Source of the DNA: the human T2T-CHM13v2.0 reference genome, Homo sapiens
NCBI RefSeq assembly: GCF_009914755.1
Contig: NC_060940.1
Length of the DNA stretch: 64,000 nucleotides
Direction: 5' to 3' (one strand)
Shown here piece by piece: positions 27,301 through 40,352 of the stretch (position 1 is the stretch's first letter; each line of letters starts with the position of its first letter). A model generated the notes under the pieces. That model had not been told where the DNA came from. It saw only the letters and a list, made by a program, of their open reading frames with translations, and made no database searches. Made by a program: the position numbers and the translations under genes.

Positions 27301-29361
27301 TGTTTGATAATTCCATTTGAGTCCAATCAATGATTCCATTCATTTCCATTCAATGATTCCATTCGAGTCCATTTGATCATTCCGGTAGGGTCCATTCGAT
27401 GTTGATTCCATTGGAGTGCATTCGATGATTCCACTCGAGTCCATTTTATGATTTGATTCGAGTCCTTTCGATGATTCCATTCGATTCCACTCGATGATGA
27501 TTTCATTCGAGTCCATTCGACACTTCCATTCGATTCCATTTGATGTTTCCATTCGAGTCCAATTGATGATTCCATTCAATTCCATTCGATGATGATTCCG
27601 TACGATTCCATTCTGTGATGATTCCATGTGATTGCATTCAATGATGATTCCTTTCGATTGCATTCGATTATGATTCATTTCGTGTTCATTCTATGGTTCC
27701 ACAGGTTTCCATTCGTGTCCATTCCATTATTCCATTCTATTCCATTTGATGATGATTCCATTCGATTCCATTCATTGGTGATTCCACTCAATTCCATTCA
27801 ATGATTCCATTCCATTTCTTTCAACAATGATTCCATTACTTTCTAATCGATGATCCACTTGATTCCATTTGACGACGATTCCATTCTTGTCCATTCGATG
27901 ATTCCATTTGATTCCATATGATGATGATTCCATTCGATTCCATACGATGATGATTCCATTCGAGTCCATTCAATGGTGATTCCATTCAATTCCATTCGAT
28001 GATTCCTTTCGATTCCATTCGATGATGATGGCATTCGATTCCTTTCAATCATTCCCTTTGATTGCATTCAAAGGTGATTTCATTCAAGTCCATTCGATAA
28101 TTGCATTCGATTCCATTCTATGATGATTCCATTCGAGTCCATTTGATGATTCCATTCAATTCAAGTCAATGATGATTCCATTCGATTCCATTCGATGATT
28201 CCATTGGATTCCATTCGATGATGATTCCATTCAAATCCATTCGATAATTCAATTCAAGTCCATTCGATGATGATTCCAATCGAATCCATTCAAATATTCC
28301 ATTCAGTTCCATTCGATGATTCCCTTAGATTCCATTCGATGATTCCACTTGATTCCATTTACGATGATTCCATTCGATTCCATGTGATGATTCCATTCAA
28401 TTCTATTCAATGATGTTTCCATTTGATTCCATTCGACCATGATTGCCTTTGATTCCATTCAATGATTCCATTCGGTTCCTTTTGATGATGATTCCATTCG
28501 ATTCCATTTGATGATTCCATTTGATTCCATTGGATGAGTCCATTCGATTACATTCGATGATTGTTCCATTCGAGAGCATTAGATGATTCCATTCGAGTCC
28601 ATTCGATGATTCCATTCGATTCCATTCGATGTTGATTCTGTTCAAATCCATTCGATGATTCCACTCGATTCCATTCGATGACTCCATTTGATCCCATTTG
28701 ATGATTTCCTTTGATTCCCTTTGGTGATCATTCCATTTGATTCAATTCGGTGATTTCATTGGATTCCATTCAGTGATGTTTCCATTCGACTCCATTCGAT
28801 GATGATTCCATTCGACTCCATTCGATTATGATTTCATTCAATTCCATTTGATAATGATTCCCTTCGAGTCCATTCGATGATTCCATTCGATTCCATTCAA
28901 CGATGATTTGATTCGTGTCCATTCGATGATTCCATTTGATTCCACTTGATGATGATTCCATTCGAGTCCATTTGATGATTCCATTCAATTCCATTCTCCG
29001 ATGATTTCTTTTGAGCCCACTCAATGCTTCCACTCGATTCCATATGATGATGACTCCATTCGATGAAATTCGATGATGATTCCATTCGCTTGCTTTCAAT
29101 GATGATTCCACTTGAGTCCGTTAGAAGATTCTATTCAATTACATTCCATGACGATTCCGTTCGAGTCCATTTGATGATTCCATTAGACTCCATTCGACGA
29201 TGATTCCATTCGATGTTATTCGATGATTCCATTCGATCTCATTCGATGATGATTCCATTCAACTCTTTTCGATGTATCTATTCGAGTTCATTCTATTATT
29301 CCATTAGATTCAATTCGATGATGATTCCATTCGATTCCATTTCATGATTGCATTCTATTTC
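24399..29361 (+). repeat. Higher-order unit copy 5 (4963 bp; 1148-bp internal deletion plus 1-bp deletion)
   Basis: Marker 22715 to 27678 = 4963. Junction at 26260-26278 joins unit offsets 1863 and 3011; 1-bp loss at ~26066 (TCCCTTATTG). Confidence 0.93.
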
Positions 29362-32300
29362 ATTTGATGATGATTCCATTCTAGTCCACTCGATGATTCC
29401 ATTCGAGTCCATTTATTGAATCCATTGGTTTCAATTCTATGATGATTACCTTGGATTCCATTCGTTGATGATTTCATTTGGCTCCATTCAATGATGATTC
29501 TATTCAATTCCTTTCAATGTTTCCATTCAATTCCATACGATGATGATTCCATTTGATTTGATTCGACAGTGAGCCATTCGATTCAATTCCATGATGATTC
29601 TATTTGATTCAATTGGTTGACATTTCCATTCGATTCCATTCGATGATGATTCCCTTTGATTCCAAAGATGATTCCATTCTAGCCCATTCAATCATTCCAT
29701 TCGATTCTATTCAATGATGATTCCATTCATGTCAATTTGGTGATTCCATTTGACTTCATTTGATGATGATTCCTTTCAAGTTCATTAGATGATTCCATTC
29801 GATTCCATTTGATGATGATCCCATTCGAGTCCATTCAGTGATTCCATTCGTTTCCATTCCATGATGATTCCATTCCATTCCATTCAATGATTCCATTCGA
29901 TTCCGTTTGATGATGATTTCATTCGAGTCCATTTGATGATTCCATTTGATTTCATTCGATGATGACTCCATTCGAGTCCATTCGATGATTCTATTCGAAT
30001 CCATTTGATGATTTCTTTTGATTATAGTTGGTGATGATTCCATTGGAGTCCATTCAATGATTCCATTCGATTCCAATCGATGGTGATTCCATTAGAGTCC
30101 ATTTAATGATTCCATTTGATTCCAGTCTCTGATGATTACATTCGAGTCCATACGATGATTCCACTCAATTCCATATCATGATGATTCCATTCGATTCCAT
30201 TCGATGATTCCATTCTATTCTATTCAATGGTGATTCCATTCGAGTACATTAGATGATTCCATTCGTTTCCATTCAATGATGATTCTATTTGTGTCCCTTA
30301 GATGATTCCACATGATTCCATTAGATGATGATACTATTTGAGCCCATCCAATGATTCCCTTCGATTCCATTCGATGAGGATTCCATTCGATTCAATTCAT
30401 TGGTGATTCTATTCAATTCAATTCTTTGATTCCATTCCATTCCATTCGACAATGATTCCATTCGATTTCTTTAGATGATTCCACTCGATTCCACTTGACA
30501 TTGATTCCATTCGATTCCATTCAATGATTCCATTTGATTCCAGTGGATGATGATTGCCATCGATTCCGTTCGATCACTCCATTCTATTCCATTTGATGAT
30601 GATTACATTCGATTCCATTTGATGATTCCATCTGATTCTATTCGAGGATTCCATTTGATTCCATTCGATGATGATTCCATTCGAGTGCATTCGATGATTT
30701 CATTCGAGTACATCCAATGATTCCATTCGAGTCCATTTGATGATTCCATTTGATTCCATTTGATTATGATTCTACTAGATTCCATTCAATGACTCCATTC
30801 GAGTCCATTCAACAATTCCATTCGAGTCCATTCGATGATTCCATTCGATTCCATTTGATGATTCCATTCGAGTCCATTTAATCATTACAGTCGAGTCCAT
30901 TTGGTGATTCCACTGGATTTCTTTTGATAATGATACCATTCAATTACATTTGATGATGATCCCATTCAATTTCATTTGATGATGATTCCATTAGAGTCCA
31001 TTCGATGATTTCATTCGAGTCCCTTCATTGATTCCATCCGATTTCATTGGATGATGACTCCATTCGAGTCCATTCGATGATTCTACTCGATTCCATTAGA
31101 TGATTCCATTGGAGTCCATTTGATTGTTCCATTCGATTCCATTCGATTCCTTTCGAAGATTATTCCATTTGAGTCCATTCGATGATGATTCCATTCCATT
31201 CCATTCGATGATTCCTTTTGATTCCATTCAATTATTCCCTTCGATTCCTTTCTTTGATGATTCCATTCCATTCCATTCAATGATTCCATTCGAATCTATT
31301 CCATGATGATTCCTTTCGATTCCATTCGCTGATGTTTCCGTTCAATTCCATTCGATGCTCATTCCATTCGATTCCATTCATCGAGGATTCCATTTAATTC
31401 CATTCAATGATGATTCCATTCTATTCCATTCAATGATTGCATTCAATTCCATTCAATGATTATCCCATTAGAGTAAACTCAACGATTCCATTCAATACCA
31501 TTCGATGATGATTCCTTTTGAGTCCATTCAATGATTTCATTCAAGTCCATTTGATGATTCCTTTCAATTCCATTCTATGATGATTCCATTCGAGTCCATT
31601 CGATGATTCCATTCGATTGCATTCGATGATTCCATTATATTCCATTCAATGATGATTCCATTCGAGTCCATTCGATGATTCCATTAGAGTACATTTAATG
31701 ATTGCTTTGTTTTCAATTCGAAGATGATTACATTGGATTCCATTCTATGATACCATTCGATTCCATTCAATGATGATTCCACTCAAATCCATTGGATGAT
31801 TCCATTCGTGTCCATTCGGTGATTTCATTAGATTCCATTCGAGGATGATTCCATTCGATTCCATTCGATGATTCCATTCAATTCCATTCGATGATGATTC
31901 CATTCCAGTCCATATGATCATTCCATTTGATTTCATTCGATGATGATTCCATTCGATTCCATTCGACGATTCCATTCTCTTCCATTCGATGATGATTCCA
32001 TTCGAGTCCATTCGATGATTCCATTCGAGTCCATTTAATGATTCCATTGGGTTCAATTCAATGATGATTACATTGGATTCCGTTCTATGATTCCATTCAA
32101 TTCCGTTCATTGACAATTTGATTCCATTCGATGATGATTCCATTTGAGTTCATTCGATGATTCTATTCGATTCTCTTCGATGGTGATTCAATTCTATTAT
32201 ATTGGATGATTCCATTCGATTCCATTTGATGTTGATTCAATTCGATTCTGTTCGATGATGATTCCATTGGATTTCACTTGATGATTCTATTCGATTCCAT

Positions 32301-35300
32301 TCAATGATGATTCACTTCTCGTCCATTGGATGATTCCATTTCATTCCATTCGATGATGATTCCATTCGATTCCATTCGATGATTCCATTTGATTCCATTC
32401 GACGGTGAGCAATTCGATTCAATTCCATGATGATTCTATTTGATTCAGTTAGATGATGTTTCCATTCGAATCCATTCCATGATTATTCCATTGGAATCCA
32501 TTCGGCGATGATTCCATATGAGTCAATTCAATGATGATTCCATATGGGTCCGTTCGATGATAATTCCATTTGATTTCATTCAATGCTTCTATTCTATTCC
32601 AGTCGATGATGATTCCGTTGGAGTCCATACGATGATTCCATTTGATTTCATTTGATGATGATTCCATTCGATGATGATTACATTGGATTCCATTCTATGA
32701 TTCCATTCAATTCCATTCGTTGATGATTCGATTCCATTCAATGATGATTCCATTTGAGTTCATTCGATGATTCTATTCGATTCCGTTCGATGGTGATTCA
32801 ATTCTATTATATTGGATAATTCCACTCGATTCCATTTGATGATTATTCCATTGGAGTCCACTTAGCAAATCCTTTAGATTCTACTCGAAGATGATTCCAT
32901 TCGAGTCCATTCGATGATACCATTCAATTCCATTCGTTGATGCTTCCATTCAAGTGCATTCGATGATATCATTCGATTCCATTTGATGATAATTCCATTT
33001 GATTCCATGCGATGATTCTATTCGATTCCATTCAATGATAATTCCATTCAATTCAGTGATTCCTCTGGACTCCATTTGATGATGATTCCATTCAATGATT
33101 CCATTCGATTCTATTCGAAAATGATTCCATTTGAATCCATTTGATGATGATTCCATTAGATTCCATTTGATGATTCCATTCAATTCCATTCGACGATGAT
33201 TCCATTCGATTCCGTTTGATGATTCCATTCTATTCTATTCTATGATGATTCCATTCAATTCCATTTGATGATGATTGCATTCGATTCCATTGGATGATTT
33301 CATTTGATTCCATTCGTTAATGATTTCGATCAATTCCATTCGATGATTCCATTCGATTCCATTCGATAATGATTACATCCGAGTCCATTCGATGATTCCA
33401 TTTGAGCCTGTTCGATAATTCCATTTGAGTCCAATCAATGATTCCATTCATTTCCATTCAATGATTCCATTCGAGTCCATTTGATCATTCCGGTAGGGTC
33501 CATTCGATGTTGATTCCATTGGAGTACATTCGATGATTCCATTCGAGTCCATTTTACGATTTGATTCGAGTCCTTTCGATGATTCCATTCGATTCCACTC
33601 GATGATGATTTCATTCGAGTCCATTCGACACTTCAAATCGATTCCATTTGATGTTTCCATTCGAGTATAATTGATGATTCCATTCAATTCCATTCGATGA
33701 TGATTCCGTACGTTTCCATTCTGTGATGATTCCATGTGATTGCATTCAATGATGATTCCTTTCGATTGCATTCGATTATGATTCATTTCGTGTTCATTCT
33801 ATGGTTCCACAGGTTTCCATTCGTGTCCATTCCATTATTCCATTTTATTCCATTTGATGATGATTCCATTCGATTCCATTCATTGGTGATTCCACTCAAT
33901 TCCATTCAATGATTCCATTCCATTTCTTTCAACAATGATTCCATTACTTTCTAATCGATGATCCACTTGATTCCATTTGACGACGATTCCATTCTTGTCC
34001 ATTAGATGATTCCATTTGATTCCATATGATGATGATTCCATTCGATTCCATACGATGATGATTCCATTCGAGTCCATTCAATGGTGATTCCATTCAATTC
34101 CATTCGGTGATTCCTTTCGATTCCATTCGATGATGATGGCATTCGATTCCTTTCAATCATTCCCTTTGATTGCATTCAAAGGTGATTTCATTCAAGTCCA
34201 TTTGATAATTGCATTCGATTCCATTCTATGATGATTCCATTCGAGTCCATTTGATGATTCCATTCAATTCAAGTCAATGATGATTCCATTCGATTCCATT
34301 CGATGATTCCATTGGATTCCATTCGATGATGATTCCATTCAAATCCATTCGATAATTCAATTCAAGTCCATTCGATGATGATTCCAATCGAATCCATTCA
34401 AAGATTCCATTCAGTTCCATTCGATGATTCCCTTAGATTCCATTCGATGATTCCACTTGATTCCATTTACGATGATTCCATTCGATTCCATGTGATGATT
34501 CCATTCAATTCTATTCAATGATGTTTCCATTTGATTCCATTCGACCATGATTGCCTTTGATTCCATTCAATGATTCCATTCGGTTCCTTTTGATGATGAT
34601 TCCATTCGATTCCATTTGATGATTCCATTTGATTCCATTGGATGAGTCCATTCGATTACATTCGATGATGATTCCATTCGAGTGCATTAGATGATTCCAC
34701 TCGAGTCCATTCGATGATTCCATTCAATTCCATTCGATGTTGATTCTGTTCAAATCCATTCGATGATTCCACTCGATTCCATTCGATGACTCCATTTGAT
34801 CCCATTCGATGATTTCCTTTGATTCCCTTTGATGATCATTCCATTTGATTCAATTCGGTGATTTCGTTTGATTCCATTCAGTGATGTTTCCATTCGACTC
34901 CATTCGATGATGATTCCATTCGACTCCATTCGATTATGATTTCATTCAATTCCATTCGATAATGATTCCCTTCGAGTCCATTCGATGATTCCATTCGATT
35001 CCATTCAACGATGATTTGATTCGTGTCCATTCGATGATTCCATTTGATTCCACTTGATGATGATTCCATTCGAGTCCATTTGATGATTCCATTCAATTCC
35101 ATCCTCCGATGATTTCTTTTGAGCCCACTCAATGCTTCCACTCGATTCCATATGATGATGACTCCATTCGATGAAATTCGATGATGATTCCATTCGCTTG
35201 CTTTCAATGATGATTCCACTTGAGTCCGTTAGAAGATTCTATTCAATTACATTCCATGACGATTCTGTTCGAGTCCATTTGATGATTCCATTAGACTCCA

Positions 35301-35469
35301 TTCGACGATGATTCCATTCGATGTTATTCGATGATTCCATTCGATCTCATTCGTTGATGATTCCATTCAACTCTTTTCGATGTATCCATTCGAGTTCATT
35401 CTATTATTCCATTAGATTCAATTCGATGATGATTCCATTCGATTCCATTTGATGATTGCATTCTATTTC
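29362..35469 (+). repeat. Higher-order unit copy 6 (6108 bp; 4-bp deletion)
   Basis: Marker 27678 to 33786 = 6108. GATTCCAAAGATG at ~29658 versus GATTCCATTCAAAGATG in most other copies. Confidence 0.93.
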
Positions 35470-38400
35470 ATTTGATGATGATTCCATTCGAGTCCACTCG
35501 ATGATTCCATTCGAGTCCATTTAATGAATCCATTGGTTTCAATTCTATGATGATTACATTGGATTACATTCGTTGATGATTTCATTCGGCTCCATTCAAT
35601 GATGATTCTATTCAATTCCTTTCAATGTTTCCATTCAATTCCATACGATGATGATTACATTTGATTTGATTCGACAGTGAGCCATTCGATTCAATTCCAT
35701 GATGATTCTATTTTATTCAATTGGTTGACATTTCCATTCGATTCCATTCGATGATGATTCCATTTGATACCATTCAAAGATGATTCCATTCTAGCGCATT
35801 CAATCATTCCATTCGATTCTATTCAATGATGATTCCATTCATGTCGATTTGGTGATTCCATTTGACTCCATTTGATGATGATTCCTTTCAAGTTCATTAG
35901 ATGATTCCATTCGATTCCATTTGATGATGACCCCATTCGAGTCCATTCAGTGATTCCATTCGTTTCCATTCCATGATGATTCCATTCCATTCCATTCAAT
36001 GATTCCATTCGATTCCGTTTGATGATGATTTCATTCGAGTCCATTTGATGATTCCATTTGATTCCATTCGATGATGACTCCATTCGAGTCCATTCGATGA
36101 TTCTATTCGAATCCATTTGATGATTTCTTTTGATTATAGTTGGTGATGATTCCATTGGAGTCCATTCAATGATTCCATTCGATTCCAATCGATGGTGATT
36201 CCATTAGAGTCCATTTAATGATTCCATTTGATTCCAGTCTCTGATGATTACATTCGAGTCCATGCGATGATTCCACTCAATTCCATATCATGATGATTCC
36301 ATTCGATTCCATTCGATGATTCCATTCTATTCTATTCAATGGTGATTCCATTCGAGTACATTAGATGATTCCATTCGATTCCATTCAATGATGATTCTAT
36401 TTGTGTCCCTTAGATGATTCCACATGATTCCATTAGATGATGATACTATTTGAGCCCATCCAATGATTCCCTTCGATTCCATTCGATGAGGATTCCATTC
36501 GATTCAATTCATTGGTGATTCTATTCAATTCAATTCTTTGATTCCATTCCATTCCATTCGACAATGATTCCATTCGATTTCTTTCGATGATTCCACTCGA
36601 TTCCACTTGACATTGATTCCATTCGATTCCATTCATTGATTCCATTTGATTCCAGTGGGTGATGATTGCCATCGATTCCATTCGATCACTCCATTCTATT
36701 CCATTTGATGATGATTACATTCGATTCCATTTGATGATTCCATCTGATTCTATTCCAGGATTCAATTTGATTCCATTCGATGATGATTCCATTCGAGTAC
36801 ATTCGATGATTTCATTCGAGTACATCCAATGATTCCATTCGAGTCCATTTGATGATTCCATTTGATTCCATTTGATTATGATTCTACTAGAGTCCATTCA
36901 ATGACTCCATTCGAATCCATTCAACAATTCCATTCGACTCCATTCGATGATTCCATTCGATTCCATTTGATGATTCCATTGGGTTCAATTCAATGATGAT
37001 TACATTGGATTCCGTTCTATGATTCCATTCAATTCCGTTCATTGACAATTTGATTCCATTCGATGATGATTCCATTTGAGTTCATTCGATGATTCTATTC
37101 GATTCTCTTCGATGGTGATTCAATTCTATTATATTAGATGATTCCATTCGATTCCATTTGATGTTGATTCAATTCGATTCTATTCGATGATGATTCCATT
37201 GGATTTCACTTGATGATTCTATTCGATTCCATTCAATGATGATTCACTTCTCGTCCATTGGATGATTCCATTTCATTCCATTCGATGATGATTCCATTCG
37301 ATTCCATTCGATGATTCCATTTGATTCCATGCGACGGTTAGCAATTCGATTCAATTCCATGATGATTCTATTTGATTCAATTAGATGATGTTTCCATTCG
37401 AATCCATTCCATGATTATTCCATTGGAATCCATTCGGCGATGATTCCATATGAGTCAATTCAATGATGATTCCATATGGGTCCGTTCGATGATAATTCCA
37501 TTTGATTTCATTCGATGCTTCTATTCAATTCCAGTCGATGATGATTCCGTTGGAGTCCATACGATGATTCCATTTGATTTCATTTCATGATGATTCCATT
37601 CGATGATGATTACATTGGATTCCATTCTATGATTCCATTCAATTCCATTCGTTGATGATCCGATTCCATTCAATGATGATTCCATTTGAGTTCATTCGGT
37701 GATTCTATTCGATTCCATTCTATGGTGATTCAATTCTCTTATATTGGATGATTCGACTCGATTCCATTTGATGATTATTCCATTGGAGTCCACTTAGTGA
37801 ATCCTTTAGATTCTACTCGAAGATGATTCCATTCGAGTCCATTCGATGATACCATTCAATTCCATTCGTTGATGCTTCCATTCAAGTGCATTCGATGATA
37901 TCATTCGATTCCATTTGAGGATAATTCCATTTGATTCCATGCGATGATTCTATTCGATTCCATTCAATGATAATTCCATTCAATTCAGTGATTCCTCTGG
38001 ACTCCATTTGATGATGATTCCATTCAATGATTCCATTCGATTCTATTCGAAAATGATTACATTTGAATCCATTTGATGACGATTCCATTCCATTCCATTT
38101 GATGATTCCATACTATTCTATTCGATGATGATTCCATTCGATTCCATTCGATGATGATTGGATTCGATTCCATTTGATGATTTCATTTGATTCCATTCGT
38201 TAATGATTTCGATCAATTCCATTCGATGATTCCATTCGATTCCATTCGATAATGATTACATCCGAGTCCATTCGATGATTCCATTTGAGCCTGTTCGATA
38301 ATTCCATTTGAGTCCAACCAATGATTCCATTCATTTCCATTCAATGATTCCATTCGAGTCCATTTGATCATTCCGGTAGGGTCCATTCGATGTTGATTCC

Positions 38401-40352
38401 ATTGGAGTGCATTCGATGATTCCATTCGAGTCCATTTTAGGATTTGATTCGAGTCCTTTCGATGATTCCATTCGATTCCACTCGATGATGATTTCATTCG
38501 AGTCCATTCGACACTTCCAATCGATTCCATTTGATGATTCCATTCGAGTCCAATTGATGATTCCATTCAATTCCATTCGATGATGATTCCGTACGATTCC
38601 ATTCTGTGATGATTCCATGTGATTGCATTCAATGATGATTCCTTTCGATTGCATTCGATTATGATTCATTTCGTGTTCATTCTATGGTTCCACAGGTTTC
38701 CATTCGTGTCCATTCCATTATTCCATTCTATTCCATTTGATGATGATTCCATTCGATTCCATTCATTGGTGATTCCACTCAATTCCATTCAATGATTCCA
38801 TTCCATTTCTTTCAACAATGATTCCATTAGTTTCTAATCGAGGATCCACTTGATTCCATTTGACGACGATTCCATTCTTGTCCATTCGATGATTCCATTT
38901 GATTCCATATGATGATGATTCCATTCGATTCCATACCATGATGATTCCATTCGAGTCCATTCAATGGTGATTCCATTCAATTCCATTCGATGATTCCTTT
39001 CGATTCCATTCGATGATGATGGCATTCGATTCCTTTCAATCATTCCCTTTGATTCCATTCAAAGGTGATTTCATTCAAGTCCATTCGATAATTGCATTCG
39101 ATTCCATTCTATGATGATTCCATTCGAGTCCATTTGATGATTCCATTCAATTCAAGTCAATGATGATTCCATTCGATTCCATTCGATGATTCCATTGGAT
39201 TCCATTCGATGATGATTCCATTCACATCCATTCGATAATTCAATTCAAGTCCATTCGATGATGATTCCAATCGAATCCATTCAAAGATTCCATTCAGTTC
39301 CATTCGATGATTCCCTTGGATTCCATTCGAGGATTCCACTTGATTGCATTTACGATGATTCCATTCGATTCCATGTGATGATTCCATTCAATTCTATTCA
39401 ATGCTTTTTCCATTTGATTCCATTCGACCATGATTGCCTTTGATTCCATTCAATGATTCCATTCGGTTCCGTTTGATGATGATTCCGTTCGATTCCATTT
39501 GATGATTCCATTGGATTCCATTGGATGAGTCCATTCGATTACATTCGATGATTATTCCATTCGAGTGCATTAGATGATTCCATTCGAGTCCATTCGATGA
39601 TTCCATTCGATTCCATTCGATGTTGATTCTGTTCAAATCCATTCGATGATTCCACTCGATTCCATTCGTTGACTCCATTTGATCCCATTCGATGATTTCC
39701 TTTGATTCCCTTTGATGATCATTCCATTTGATTCAATTCGGTGATTTCATTTGATTCCATTCAGTGATGTTTCCATTCGACTCCATTCGATGATGATTCC
39801 ATTCGACTCCATTCGATTATGATTTCATTCAATTCCATTCGATAATGATTCCCTTCGAGTCCATTCGATGATTCCATTCGATTCCATTCAACGATGATTT
39901 GATTCGTGTCCATTCGATGATTCCATTTGATTCCACTTGATGATGATTCCATTCGAGTCCATTTGATGATTCCATTCAATTCCATACTCCGATGATTTCT
40001 TTTGAGCCCACTCAATGCTTCCACTCGATTCCATATGATGATGACTCCATTCGATGAAATTCGATGATGATTCCATTCGCTTGCTTTCGATGATGATTCC
40101 ACTTGAGTCCGTTAGAAGATTCTATTCAATTACATTCCATGACGATTCCGTTCGAGTCCATTTGATGATTCCATTAGACTCCATTCGACGATGATTCCAT
40201 TCGATGTTATTCGATGATTCCATTCGATCTCATTCGATGATGATTCCATTAAACTCCATTCGATGTTTCCATTCGAGTTCATTCTATTATTCCATTAGAT
40301 TCCATTCGATGATGATTCCATTCGATTCCATTTGATGATTGCATTCTATTTC
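35470..40352 (+). repeat. Higher-order unit copy 7 (4883 bp; 1180-bp and 49-bp deletions; chimeric)
   Basis: Marker 33786 to 38669 = 4883. Junction at 36970-36980 joins unit offsets 1501 and 2681; 49-bp loss at ~38080. Confidence 0.93.

Noticed and set aside
36887-37075. Apparent novel fusion ORF across the copy 7 junction (similarly 26084-26320 in copy 5)
   Set aside because: It is only a by-product of the deletion joining two satellite frames; useful as a junction marker, not as a gene.
31124-39443. Two plus-strand ORFs (31124-31306 and 39258-39443)
   Set aside because: Chance loss of TGA stops in single copies; low-complexity IPFDS-type satellite translation, not conserved in sister units.
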